Positions 8,039-18,492 are shown, counted from the stretch's first letter. The stretch is 56,711 bases of DNA from Candidatus Pacearchaeota archaeon (GCA_018303755.1 JAGVXO010000009.1:1-56711); one strand, 5' to 3'. Made by a program: numbers and translations. Notes: generated from the letters alone by a model not told the origin.

Positions 8039-9972
8039 TTAACCTCCTGAATTTATTTTATTTTGATTTTCTTCTTCATTAAAATCCCAATTCATAACAA
8101 GAGAATAAACTTTATTCATATACTTTTTTTGTAAGTTATCTACAGTATTTCTATAAAGGGCCATATGGACTATAATACTATCTCCGAAAGGAGTTTCTTT
8201 TCCCTTCTTTATTCTTTCTTCTGCGATTCTTTTAAAGAATGCTTCACAGACAATCTCACATAAAAGCATCTTTCCAGTTTCAGTCTCCACATTCTCCAAA
8301 GATTCACCTAAATATCTTGCTACACCCGGAAATTGAATAAATATCTCAATCTTTCCAGTTTTCTGATTATGATATGCTCTTTGCATAGGGTTTGGGTCTG
8401 AATTTGGATTAAATCCAGTGATGCCACCTTTTTTTTGTGGCTGGGGGTTCTTTCCTATATGTCCCATTTCTTTAACACGAACATCACAAAAAACTAAACT
8501 TTTGCCAATTCTTGCTTCAATTATATCTTCATCACCTAAATTTAATCCCTCTACTTTGAATTTAGCCCAAAACATACTAGAATATTTGGGGTGTTTTTCT
8601 AAATAAATTTTTGGATCAATGATATAAATCTTATTTTTCTGAGAGGTTATAATTGCTTGTTCTCCTTCAGATTTAATAATATTCTCATTTGCATATAAAC
8701 ATAAAGTTCTTGGTTTTCTTGGTGGAAGATTTGGAGATTTTGGTCTAATAAAAGCATCTTCTTCAAAAATATCTTCGACATTTATATCTATATCTCCCTC
8801 TTCTAATTCTTCTTCATAAATCTGATTAAATAATTTAGATAACTCCTTGAGAAGTTTTTTACTATTCTCATTTACTTCTATATGCTTGTTTTTTGCTAAC
8901 TCCTTCTTTTTTTCCTCAATAAGAGGTTCTAATTCTCTTTCTATAGACTTCATTAGAATTTGAGCATATCTATGCCCCCATTCAATTCCTGAACGACTAG
9001 GATTTAAAATAGAAGTTTCTCCCGAACGCAAGATTTTATCAATTTCTTCCGAAATTAATTCTCCATAAAAATAATAAGAAGCGGGGTCATTCTCAAATTT
9101 AAAAAGCTGGTTATCTAAAATGGCACCTGGCGTTTTTATTAAAATTCCAGTAAGATTAAAAGGAGAATATTTTTTATATTGTGGTAAAGTTTCTTTAGTT
9201 TCATAAACTCTTAAAATGGCAGAATTATTAAAACCTGGAACTTTCAGGGGTTTGTTTAAAACTTCTTCCCCCTTTAATGATTCAAAAGATATTTCTTCTT
9301 GATGTTTACTTGACCTTTTCATATCACAAAATTGAAGAAGAACTTTTCTTTTTTTAGAAGATAAAATGTCCCTTAAACAGATATGATTTTTTAATTGAGT
9401 TCTTAAAGTTTCTAATTCTGGAATTTTTATTTCTTCGTTTGTAATAGATACCTTAACGAATGTCCCATCTTTCTTAATCCCATATTCTTCTCTTATTGTT
9501 TCATTAACTTTCTCATCTTCAACAATAAAATCTCTAAAAACCTTTTTTTTATCTTTGTCAAACCATATTTTTATTCTATTCAGTTTATTATCCTTAATTG
9601 TAATTATCTCGCCAATTCCCAAGGCAATAATAGTCTCTTTTAACCCCCTTCCAAAATATCCCCTAACATTTTTATTCTTTTTATATTCACTTGCATCTGC
9701 AAAAAAAGTTGTTGCGAGCTCTATTTTTTGTCTATCCATCCCTCCCGCTTCATCATAAACTTCTAAAGATGTCCATTCTCCGCCTTTTTTCTAGAAACAG
9801 AAACTTTGATATTACCAGAACAAACTTTTTTAGAATTTTCTAATATCTTGTAAGCATCATCGCAATTAGTAACTAATTCTACAACCGGCTCAATCCAACT
9901 TTTAACAGTTGAACGAGCAAGAATTGCAATAGCCCTACTCTTATCCATGGGCATTTCTTCAGCTTTGCTCAT
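8039..9972 (-). pseudogene. GHKL (HSP90/MutL/MORC-like) ATPase, split by a -1 frameshift near 9785-9790
   Basis: ORF 9763-9972 has the N-box ELVTNCDDAY; the -1 frame continues GGEWTSLEVYDEAGGM (DxxxG box) into ORF 8039-9739, which has GYFGRGLK. Confidence 0.75.
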
Positions 9973-10025
9973 CTTCTTCTAACTCCTTTATCTTTTTATC
10001 TATCATTTCAGTAAAATCTATTAAA

Positions 10026-10487
10026 TCATTTTGTCTTAAAATCTGTTTCCATAGTAGTTTTTAATAAACTCCTAATTTCAGATTCAGAAGGGCTAAACAA
10101 TCCTTTTTCTTTTTGATATTTTTTATATAATAAACTTTCTCTAACAAACTTAATCATTTTTGGGTCCATTCCAGGACCGATTTTCCTTTCCTGGATATCA
10201 TTATACCTTTTATCTTCTATCTTTGCAGAACCCATGGTTTTGCCGATTTGGGTTAAAGAAATTCCAACTTTAGCATCTCCATTTATCCATTGTCTTTGGT
10301 TTCTACATCTCCACATACAATTGTGAATTTTCCAAGTATCTGGCCATTCTTTATATTTTTCAAAACTAAATGTTTCTGGAAACATCTCAAAACAAGATTT
10401 AACTACATCTTCCCATTGTATTATCTTCTGACTATTATCCTCTAAAAACTTATAAATTGCTCTTAAAAAAAGTTGATCGATATTCAT
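10026..10487 (-). CDS. Hypothetical protein with a possible winged-helix N-terminus; 3' end probably frameshifted
   Basis: 153-aa ORF; an alternative frame (QNDLIDFTEMIDKKIKELEEDEQS*) runs on to overlap the start of the GHKL gene. Confidence 0.55.
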   Translation of the reverse strand: MNIDQLFLRAIYKFLEDNSQKIIQWEDVVKSCFEMFPETFSFEKYKEWPDTWKIHNCMWRCRNQRQWINGDAKVGISLTQIGKTMGSAKIEDKRYNDIQERKIGPGMDPKMIKFVRESLLYKKYQKEKGLFSPSESEIRSLLKTTMETDFKTK

Positions 10488-10729
10488 AAGCTAAACTCCT
10501 TTTTTGGTTTTGAATTGTTAAATTCAGATTTTACTTTTTTCCATTCATTATCAATAGTGGAGATAATTTTATTTATTTGTTCTTCATTATAAGAATAATT
10601 ACCTTTATTTGCACAATTTTTAAGAAGTCGCATTTTATTTAAAATTTCTTGAACTCTGCGACTTGCTACTTTCTTAAACCTTTCTTCTTTGGTTATTCTC
10701 TTGTCTGTCTTATTTGTTTTCCCAAACAT
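10484..10729 (-). CDS. Small helical hypothetical protein, first gene of the GHKL operon
   Basis: KEERFKKVASRRVQEILNKMRLLKNCANKGNYSY; 4-bp overlap with the next gene. Confidence 0.7.
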   Translation of the reverse strand: MFGKTNKTDKRITKEERFKKVASRRVQEILNKMRLLKNCANKGNYSYNEEQINKIISTIDNEWKKVKSEFNNSKPKKEFSL

Positions 10730-10776
10730 ATTAAAATACAGGCGATATATGTATTTATAAATGTTTCTATTCTATA

Positions 10777-10799
10777 CAATACATTTTAAAAATGTATTG
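10777..10799. promoter_or_regulatory. Perfect inverted repeat, candidate operator
   Basis: caatacatttt-a-aaaatgtattg (11-bp arms) just upstream of the TATA-like element of the minus-strand operon. Confidence 0.5.
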
Positions 10800-10924
10800 G
10801 TAGTATATAGTTATTTTATTCTTTAAATAGACAGAATTTTATCAGGATTACTAATATCTCCTTTATAAAACAAAAACATTTATATATTACTTCTTACTTT
10901 TCTTATTATTAAGAAGATTTACAA

Positions 10925-11176
10925 ATGGAAGAAATAAAAGATATAAGGACAGCAACAATAACAAGCAAAGGGCAGATTTGTATTCCAAATGTAGCAAGAA
11001 CTCTCGCTGGGTTTAAGGAAGGAGCAAAGGTAAGCATCGTTGTTTATACTAATAGGGTTGAATTAAGACCAATGAAAAAAATGAGTGATGCAATGATGTC
11101 CATGCTTGCAAGTGAGGAAGTTTTAGCTGAAGCATGGAATACAAAAGAGGAAGATGAAGCATGGAAAGATTTGTAA
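10925..11176 (+). CDS. AbrB/MazE-family antitoxin
   Basis: TITSKGQICIP..R..AGFKEG swapped-hairpin motif; acidic tail EEDEAWKDL. Confidence 0.85.
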   Translation: MEEIKDIRTATITSKGQICIPNVARTLAGFKEGAKVSIVVYTNRVELRPMKKMSDAMMSMLASEEVLAEAWNTKEEDEAWKDL

Positions 11177-11502
11177 AATTTGAAAAAGGAGAGGTTGTCA
11201 TTTTTCAATTTCCTTTTTCTGATTCAAATATTTTTAAGAAAAGACCAAGTTTGGTTGTTGCGAACTTAAAAGGTGATAATGTTATTCTGGCACAAATAAC
11301 TGGAAAACCAAGATCAGATCCTGATTTATTAGATTTGAAAATTAAAGATTTTCAATCCGGCGGAATTTCTAGGGATAGCTTTATCAGACCATCTATTTTA
11401 TTTACTATTCATAAATCTAAGATTAACTACGAAGCTGGAAAACTTAACCAAGAAAAAATAAATCAAGTCCAAAACAAACTCTGCGAAATTTTTACAAAAT
11501 AA
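11161..11502 (+). CDS. MazF/PemK-family toxin
   Basis: GEVVIFQFPFSD...KKRPSLVV...AQIT; overlaps the antitoxin gene. Confidence 0.88.
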   Translation: MERFVKFEKGEVVIFQFPFSDSNIFKKRPSLVVANLKGDNVILAQITGKPRSDPDLLDLKIKDFQSGGISRDSFIRPSILFTIHKSKINYEAGKLNQEKINQVQNKLCEIFTK

Positions 11503-12609
11503 TTAATTCCCCCTCACGAACCTTATCCCGAGCTCGCTTGACAGCTCGCCTTTCATCCTTTCTTCTTTTGACATATTTTCCACATATCCGGTTATCTGCG
11601 GGCTTTTTACTCCTGTGATTATTACCATTACTCTTATTGTTTTTTCCATATCAGGCGAGATTTGAGCGCCCCATATCATTCTCGCATTTTCTCCAAGATG
11701 TTTTCCTATTTCTTCAATTACCAGTTTTGATTCCTCCAAACTCAAGTCAGGCCCCCCGATTATATTTATCAGAGCACCCTGCGCATTATTAATTTCAACA
11801 TCTAAAAGCGGATTATTAAGCGCTCTTTCAACTGCTTCAACCGCTCTTTTTTCAGAATTTGACTCTCCAACTCCAATTAAAGAAACTCCTCCATTAACCA
11901 TTATTGTTTTTACATCTGCAAAATCAAGATTAACAAGTCCTGCTTTTGTAACAAGCTCTGCAGTTCCTTTTACAGCATTTGTTAGTATTTCGTCTGCAAC
12001 TTTGAAAGCTGTTTGCAAAGGCAAATCAGGAACTATTTCAAGAAGTTTATCATTTGGAATTACAATTAAAGTATCAACAATACTTTCCATTTTTTCAAGT
12101 CCTGCCATTGCATTTTCAATTCTTTTTGCGCCTTCTATTGTAAAAGGAACTGTTACAACTCCAATCACAAGAGCACCTTGCTTTTTTGCAATCTCTGCAA
12201 CAACAGGCGCAGCGCCTGTTCCTGTTCCTCCGCCTAATCCACAAGTAATAAAAACCATATCTGCTCCTTCAAGTTTTTTCTTTATCTCTGCCTCTGTTTC
12301 TTTTGCAGCTTCTTCTCCTATTCTCGGATTGCTCCCTGCTCCAAGCCCTCTTGTCAATTCTCTTCCAATAAGTATCTTTTTATCAGCATTGGCATAAAGT
12401 AAGTCTTGTGCATCAGTATTTATTGCAATTGTCTCTCCACCTTTTATTCCTATTTCGTGCATTCTGCTAAGCGTGTTATTGCCAGCTCCTCCAACACCTA
12501 CAACTTTTATTTTTGCATTTTGCTTCTGTATAAGCTCTTCAAGCTCTCTATCAATTGCAAGAAGCTCATCGTCCATTGTTGCACCCTCTCTTTTAAAAAT
12601 TTCAGCCAT
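11503..12609 (-). CDS. ftsZ: Cell division protein FtsZ
   Basis: [18 protein letters not shown] tubulin signature, LVNLDFADV; start moved to MAEIFKR. Confidence 0.97.
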   Translation of the reverse strand: MAEIFKREGATMDDELLAIDRELEELIQKQNAKIKVVGVGGAGNNTLSRMHEIGIKGGETIAINTDAQDLLYANADKKILIGRELTRGLGAGSNPRIGEEAAKETEAEIKKKLEGADMVFITCGLGGGTGTGAAPVVAEIAKKQGALVIGVVTVPFTIEGAKRIENAMAGLEKMESIVDTLIVIPNDKLLEIVPDLPLQTAFKVADEILTNAVKGTAELVTKAGLVNLDFADVKTIMVNGGVSLIGVGESNSEKRAVEAVERALNNPLLDVEINNAQGALINIIGGPDLSLEESKLVIEEIGKHLGENARMIWGAQISPDMEKTIRVMVIITGVKSPQITGYVENMSKEERMKGELSSELGIRFVRGN

Positions 12610-12724
12610 GTTAAACTTAATTTCAGGCGATTTATAAGTTTTATTGCGTTGGACAGAGTGGTTAATTGAAGAAGAAATTAAACAAGTGTGAGCGAGATAA
12701 TCTGAATATTCTGCTGACATCTCA

Positions 12725-13075
12725 TTCTTTTTCCTTATTTTACGCCATTTCAATTCTCTTTTTCCTTATTTTACATTAAATATAAATTAAAACATATAAA
12801 TAAAGCATATAAAAATAGATGTATCAAGCGGATTAAGAATTTGCAAAATAGAACAGGCGCGAAGCGCACCATCTTAAGTAAGGCGAGCGAACAGAAGGTG
12901 AGCGAGCATAAATACTTATTTTAATTATTTTGCTAACCTCCCATAACTTTCCCTTATCTTATGTTTGATTATTGGTGCTTTTTCTATTTTATCTTGATAT
13001 AAATAAATAACAAAGAGCCAATGTACCAATGGTTAGCAGATTTGCAGAATAAACAGGCGAGCCGCAACGAGCAAA
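12725..13075 (+). repeat. Modular intergenic repeat family, two tandem units
   Basis: ttttccttattt...gattaagaatttgcaaaatagaacaggcgcgaagcg, then gctaacctcccataactttcccttat...ccaatgtacc..ttagcagatttgcagaataaacaggcgagc. Confidence 0.8.
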
Positions 13076-13114
13076 ATCAAATAACTTTATAAAGCACCAA
13101 TTCTGTTGGTTTTC

Positions 13115-13483
13115 ATGGCAAAACACATAACACAAGTGTCTGGTTCAAGAACATATTCATTAGGCATAGCAGGGCACAACAGCCGCAAAAATGAATTAAC
13201 AACTGCCTTAATACGCAATGGTTATAATATTAATAATGATAGTGAAGTTTTTGTTGGAGGCAAAAAATCAGAGAAACAATTTTATATCCCTTCTTATAAT
13301 CCCTTTACAGGAGATTGGACAAACTTTGATAGCAGAGTGCCAGTAGCAGAATTTTACAAAATACAAAGAGAAAGAGACACTATTGATGGTTTTTGGATAA
13401 ATCCTAATTTTTCAGAAAAGGGCAATAATCATTTAAACAGCAGACTTGAAGAATATCTTAAACTTCTCCAGCCAATCGAATAA
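13115..13483 (+). CDS. Hypothetical protein
   Basis: ORF from MAKHITQ, preceded by TATA-like tttataaa. Confidence 0.6.
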   Translation: MAKHITQVSGSRTYSLGIAGHNSRKNELTTALIRNGYNINNDSEVFVGGKKSEKQFYIPSYNPFTGDWTNFDSRVPVAEFYKIQRERDTIDGFWINPNFSEKGNNHLNSRLEEYLKLLQPIE

Positions 13484-13564
13484 TTATTTTTCTTTCTATT
13501 TTATTTAAATTCTTAATGCAAAGATTATAGGTGCTTTACTTTTAATTTACTTAGATGATTTTAT

Positions 13565-14248
13565 TCAAACATTGTTTATCATCTCTTTTTCGTCTTCTTT
13601 CTCTTCTTTTTCATCCTTTTTCTCTTCGCCTTTTTTTATCACAAACTCTGCTTTCAGAATATCTCTGAATTTTGAATTTATCATATCAATAAGGGGTTTG
13701 AAAAATTCCTCACACTCAATATTTATTTTGTTTTCTTCAATTTCCAGCTTAACCTCTTTTCCAAGAAAGTATTTTGCAACTGCCTCTGATTTTTCTTTTA
13801 AGTCATCAACTTTTCTTTTTATTTTAAATTTATAAGTTACGACTTTTCCTGCAAGAGGATTATTAAAATCACACAATACTCTTCCTCCTGAAACACTTAT
13901 AACCTTTACAAGGGTATTATCAAGCGCTAGCATCATTCCTGCACGAGGATGAATTTCTTTTTCAGTAAATGCATTCATAGGAATTAATCTTACCAGCTCT
14001 TTTCTTCTTTCTTTAAACGCATCTTTTGGCTCAACTTCTGCATTATAATCTTTTCCAATTTCCTTTTCTTCAAGTGCTTTGTCTAATCCAGGAATAACCA
14101 TTTCCTGCCCGACGCAGATTATGAACGGCTTTGCATCAATTTCAAGCCCTGATTTTTTTGCATCTTCTTTTATGTTTGTGTCAAAAATTTCTCCGCCTTT
14201 GACGCTTCCTGTAAATTCCAATTCAATAAAATCGTTTTTGCTTATCAT
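13565..14248 (-). CDS. FKBP-type peptidyl-prolyl isomerase (long archaeal SlyD-like)
   Basis: GEIFDTN, VIPGLDKAL, GGRVLCDFNNPLAGK. Confidence 0.92.
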   Translation of the reverse strand: MISKNDFIELEFTGSVKGGEIFDTNIKEDAKKSGLEIDAKPFIICVGQEMVIPGLDKALEEKEIGKDYNAEVEPKDAFKERRKELVRLIPMNAFTEKEIHPRAGMMLALDNTLVKVISVSGGRVLCDFNNPLAGKVVTYKFKIKRKVDDLKEKSEAVAKYFLGKEVKLEIEENKINIECEEFFKPLIDMINSKFRDILKAEFVIKKGEEKKDEKEEKEDEKEMINNV

Positions 14249-14481
14249 TTTTATAAAAGCATAAACTAGTTATTTAAACTTTCTTATTAATACATTTAAT
14301 CTTATAATCTATAATCTCTATTTATTTGCATAATGCCAAATTAAATAGCTAAACTTCAATGAAAAACAATAATCTCAATTAAACAACCAAGAAGATTATC
14401 AAAAGAATGGCAGAGTTAGAGAAAAAATCAAACAGACAAAACAAAGACAACCTTTATAAATCTATTTTCTTAATTCATATA

Positions 14482-14871
14482 ATGGCTTATAAATTAATTG
14501 ATGCCACAGAAATCAGGAACGGCACAGTTGTTATGATTGAAGGAGAGGCGTGCACTGTAAGAAGTTATGATGTTAGTAAGACGGGCAAGCACGGACATGC
14601 TAAAGTAAGAATGGAAGCAATTGGAATAACTGACGGAAAAAAAAGAGTTCTTGTAAAGCCAGGACACGAGAGATTTGAAGTTCCTATGATAATAAAAAAG
14701 AAAGCGCAAATTCTTTCGATTTCAGGCAAAAAGGCAAGTGTGATGGATATGGAGAGTTTTGAATCATTTGATATGCCTCTTCCAGAAGAGCTTGATGAAC
14801 CATTGAGTGAAGGAGACCAGGCAGAATATTGGGATATAGAGGGAAAAAAAATAATAAAGAGGAAAATGTAA
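14482..14871 (+). CDS. eif5a: Translation factor aIF5A
   Basis: Hypusine-site motif SKTGKHGHAK. Confidence 0.96.
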   Translation: MAYKLIDATEIRNGTVVMIEGEACTVRSYDVSKTGKHGHAKVRMEAIGITDGKKRVLVKPGHERFEVPMIIKKKAQILSISGKKASVMDMESFESFDMPLPEELDEPLSEGDQAEYWDIEGKKIIKRKM

Positions 14872-14872
14872 A

Positions 14873-15034
14873 ATGGCAAAAATTCCAGCAGCACAGGCGA
14901 GAATGTTCAAGAACACTTTTTTATGCAAAAGATGCGGAGCAAAGGTAAGAGTTCAAGCAAGAAAAATATTAGAGGGTAAGGTTCAATGCAGGAGATGCAA
15001 GAAAAAAGCATTTCGGGCAGCGAAAAAAGGATAA
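14873..15034 (+). CDS. rpl40e: 50S ribosomal protein L40e
   Basis: Not in the ORF track; MAKIPAAQARMFKNTFLCKRCGAKVR...QCRRCKKKAFRAAKKG. Confidence 0.85.
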   Translation: MAKIPAAQARMFKNTFLCKRCGAKVRVQARKILEGKVQCRRCKKKAFRAAKKG

Positions 15035-15053
15035 ATCAGAAAGATAAATTAAG

Positions 15054-16517
15054 GTGAAAATGTTATTCGGACAAGATTTTATGTTTTATGATATAGCATT
15101 ATTAATTCTATTCTCAATAGCATTGGCTGTTTTCTTGATAGTTAAAAGAAAAAGAGTGGATAGAGAAGGAATTATGTTTCTTTACAGGACAAAATGGGGG
15201 ATAAAACTTATGAATTATATTGGAGGAAAATTTGCAAAACCCCTTAATGTTATAAGCTATATTGCCATCTTCGCAGGATATATCCTTATGATTTCTATTG
15301 TCTATCTAATAGGAACAATAGTTTATGCTTATTTTAAATTTCCCCAGATAGTGAATGTTATAAAAGTTCCGCCAATAACCCCTATTTTTCCATATTTTAC
15401 AAAAGTGTTTAATATAGAGAGCTTATTTCCGCCTTTTTATTTTAGTTATTTTATAATTATCGTCGGGCTTACAATGTTTGTCCATGAATTTTCGCATGGA
15501 ATCTATATGGTTCTTCATAAAATAAAAATAAAATCAACTGGCTTTGCATTCTTCCTTATATTTCCCGGAGCTTTTGTTGAGCAGGATGAAAAGCAGATGA
15601 ATACAAAAAGCAAAAGAGCCCAGATGTCTGTTTTGTCAGCAGGAGTTTTTGCAAATCTTCTTCTCGCATTAATTTCTTATCTACTGCTGATATTTGTATT
15701 TACTTCTTTTTTTGTTCCATCAGGCGCAGTTTTTAATATGTATCCTGTTGTGGCAATCAATGTATCACAGATTGATTCTATTAATGGATACAATGTTTCC
15801 GGCATGTCTTCACAGGAATTGATTTCATTGATAGATGATAAAACGATTACAGATTCTAAAATAGGAAGATTAAATTTAACATCAGTTTCAATACAAAATA
15901 ATTTATTTTTCCTGCCTGCCGAAAATTTAAAGAACTCTTTTGTTTCGTCCGGGCTTGCAGAGGCGTTTATTGATTCTCCGTCGATAAAAGCCGGATTTCC
16001 AGAAGTTAATCCAATAAGTCCTGCAGCAATTACAAGCATAAACAATATTCCGGTTAAAAATTATGATTCTCTTTCAGAAGAGCTGGCAAAATATTCTGTC
16101 GGAGACAGAGTTTCTATTACAGTCAAAAAAAATGGGATTTCTGAAGATTTTAATATTGCATTTAAAAAAAATCCAGTTACAGGCGCGCCGTTCATAGGAA
16201 TTTCATTTTATGACAGCTCAAATGACCTTTTCGGATTTTACAAAGACAAAAATACTCTGTACGAGCCGATAAACAATTCAGATACTGCAGTTTTATTCAG
16301 GGATTTTTTCTGGTGGATGGCTTTAATCAATCTTTTCATTGCCTTGTTTAATATGCTTCCTGTTGCAATTCTTGACGGAGGAAGATTCTTCTATTTGACA
16401 ATTCTTGGAATTACAAAATCAGAGAACATCGCGAAGTTCATTTTTAAATGTTCAAATTATATAATCTTGGGAGCATTTTTAGTTCTTCTCGCAAGATGGT
16501 TTTTTCTTGTGGTCTGA
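15054..16517 (+). CDS. Site-2 protease (M50) with a PDZ-like insert
   Basis: HEFSH zinc motif, AGVFAN, NMLPVAILDGG. Confidence 0.92.
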   Translation: MKMLFGQDFMFYDIALLILFSIALAVFLIVKRKRVDREGIMFLYRTKWGIKLMNYIGGKFAKPLNVISYIAIFAGYILMISIVYLIGTIVYAYFKFPQIVNVIKVPPITPIFPYFTKVFNIESLFPPFYFSYFIIIVGLTMFVHEFSHGIYMVLHKIKIKSTGFAFFLIFPGAFVEQDEKQMNTKSKRAQMSVLSAGVFANLLLALISYLLLIFVFTSFFVPSGAVFNMYPVVAINVSQIDSINGYNVSGMSSQELISLIDDKTITDSKIGRLNLTSVSIQNNLFFLPAENLKNSFVSSGLAEAFIDSPSIKAGFPEVNPISPAAITSINNIPVKNYDSLSEELAKYSVGDRVSITVKKNGISEDFNIAFKKNPVTGAPFIGISFYDSSNDLFGFYKDKNTLYEPINNSDTAVLFRDFFWWMALINLFIALFNMLPVAILDGGRFFYLTILGITKSENIAKFIFKCSNYIILGAFLVLLARWFFLVV

Positions 16518-16536
16518 ACTCCAAAAGATTATTTTA

Positions 16537-16738
16537 TTTTTCTAACATCCCATTCTTTTTCCTTATTTTAAGTTTGTTAATGGGTGTTTTTATTTTATCT
16601 TTATTAAATTTATTCAATGTTTAATTAAATTATATAAATTCCAATGTATAACCCAATTAGCAGATTTGAAAAAAATAAAACTGAGCGAAGCGAAGCAAAT
16701 TCATCAGGCGAGCGAGGCGAAGCCGAGCGAGCCAATAT
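16537..16738 (+). repeat. Modular intergenic repeat family copy
   Basis: ctaacatcccattctttttccttattt...ccaatgtataa..ttagcagatttg...ggcgagcgaggcgaagccgagcgagccaat. Confidence 0.8.
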
Positions 16739-16754
16739 TAATTCAAGTAATCTT

Positions 16755-17105
16755 TTACAAATAAACAATTCCGTCTTTTGTAAGCGCGACAAATCTTATT
16801 CCTGCAGGCAGTGATAACAGCGCAGAAATAAGCGCCATGTGCTCTTTTCCTGTTCCAGAGGCAATTGAAAGTGCAACTTCTGTTCCGTTAATTTTCCCCT
16901 TAAGTTTCTCAAGAATTTCTTTTTTCAGTTCAACAAGTTTTTTATTAGTATCTATTTTAATAAACTCTGAGGGTTTTTCTGTTGAAAATCCGCTTGCAAA
17001 TTCATCTCCAAGAAGAATTATTTTGTCCCACTCTCCTTGCTTTACAAGTCCTGATATCTGCGCCCATGTTCCTTTTCCTGAGCTTAAAAGTCCTATAAAT
17101 TCCAT
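16755..17105 (-). CDS. Conserved hypothetical alpha/beta protein (possibly CARF-like)
   Basis: 116 aa; LLSSGKGTW and EVALSIASGTGKEHMAL. Confidence 0.6.
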   Translation of the reverse strand: MEFIGLLSSGKGTWAQISGLVKQGEWDKIILLGDEFASGFSTEKPSEFIKIDTNKKLVELKKEILEKLKGKINGTEVALSIASGTGKEHMALISALLSLPAGIRFVALTKDGIVYL

Positions 17106-17204
17106 AAATAAGTTATAACCATTACATTTATAAGTTTTTATATCTCAATTAATATATAATAAAAATTAAATAAAATAAAAAATATGGCGAGAAAATGGTG
17201 AGAA

Positions 17205-17660
17205 ATGGTTAAGGAATCTCCAATAAGTGAAATTATTCTCAGGAAGTATGAACGCCCGTATAACTTAGATAAAAGGCAGCTTATAAGGAAAATATGCCTT
17301 TCACTTGGGCTTTTGCAGCCAGGCGACGGAAGAGATGTTATAATTGATATCCTTATGGTACTTAATGAAGAGTCCAAAAACAAGGTGAAACTTGACTCTT
17401 CGCAGATAATTGAGAAAGTGGAAACTTTGAGAAAGCAGAATAATCTGGAATTAAAAGGGCTTGCAGAATCCAATATAAGGCGTCAGCTAAAGCGCCTGCG
17501 TGATATGATGATAGTGGAAAAGCAGAATAATCTATATTCCTTGTCAGAATTTGAATCACTTCATTCAATATTCAAGGATAAAATTGAAAAGTTCCTTATT
17601 GCGCCGAGCGTTGAGAGAATAAAGGATTATTTGGCAGAGCTTGAGAAGGCAGGGCAATAA
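17205..17660 (+). CDS. Winged-helix DNA-binding protein
   Basis: CLSLGLLQPGDGRD followed by AESNIRRQLKRLRDMMIVEK...Y (recognition helix and wing). Confidence 0.75.
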   Translation: MVKESPISEIILRKYERPYNLDKRQLIRKICLSLGLLQPGDGRDVIIDILMVLNEESKNKVKLDSSQIIEKVETLRKQNNLELKGLAESNIRRQLKRLRDMMIVEKQNNLYSLSEFESLHSIFKDKIEKFLIAPSVERIKDYLAELEKAGQ

Positions 17661-17691
17661 TTTTTATAAAGGCGAAATCCCGGGATAATTT

Positions 17692-17910
17692 ATGAAAAAT
17701 GAGTATGATGAAGAGAATTTTAAGAAATTTAGATATTCTGTCTTGGCAGGGATAATTGGAGGATGTATTGTGGCAATATCTATTTCAATAAAAACGACCA
17801 CTGGGACTTGGTATTCAGAAGTATTCTGGACAATTATCACATTCGCTATTTTATATGTTTTGTCTATGTGGTGGTGTAAAATCTGGATGTTTAGAAAGAG
17901 AAATAAATAA
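17692..17910 (+). CDS. Small membrane protein
   Basis: Two hydrophobic segments. Confidence 0.55.
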   Translation: MKNEYDEENFKKFRYSVLAGIIGGCIVAISISIKTTTGTWYSEVFWTIITFAILYVLSMWWCKIWMFRKRNK

Positions 17911-17953
17911 GTACAATCGGTAGATTTTTAAGTAATCTCTTCTTAAATAACCT

Positions 17954-18433
17954 ATGAAAAACACAAGAAATTTAATTTTAGGAATAGTTATTGGTATTGT
18001 GGTTATTCTTGTTCTAATATTCTCCTTAAACAATTTAAGTACCAAGAATAATGTAAAAGAAAGTCCAAATATAGAAATTGCATGCTCTTTTTCACAAAAT
18101 CCAGATACTGCTAATTCCCCTACAAACGCAATTAAATGTAAATTCAGAAATTATGGAGGAGATGGGGAAGAATGTTTCTTAATTGGAGAATATAAGGTAG
18201 TTAATGGTAGTAAAGAAGATTTTTTAGGAGAAAGTAATCTATGTTCTGGAAATCTATCAATAGGAGACTATTGGTCAGATTATAAGTATATTTACAATTC
18301 TAAATCTTGGGAAGATTATAATCTCCAAGAATGGGCTGGTTGGGCTTGTGGTGTCGGTGTGGAAATGGATTGTTTGTATCAAAATAATATAGAGAGGGTT
18401 ACATATAGAATTAAAACTTCTCAAATCAATTAA
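17954..18433 (+). CDS. Membrane-anchored Cys-containing exported protein
   Basis: N-terminal TM segment and six cysteines. Confidence 0.6.
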   Translation: MKNTRNLILGIVIGIVVILVLIFSLNNLSTKNNVKESPNIEIACSFSQNPDTANSPTNAIKCKFRNYGGDGEECFLIGEYKVVNGSKEDFLGESNLCSGNLSIGDYWSDYKYIYNSKSWEDYNLQEWAGWACGVGVEMDCLYQNNIERVTYRIKTSQIN

Positions 18434-18492
18434 ATTCATTATAATAATGTGTTACAAAAAATCTATGTTTGGTATAGAATAGGGGTTAGGAC

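Noticed and set aside
12610-12753. 48-aa N-terminal extension of FtsZ
   Set aside because: It runs through a TATA-like region and into a repeat copy; the ATG at 12609 fits better.
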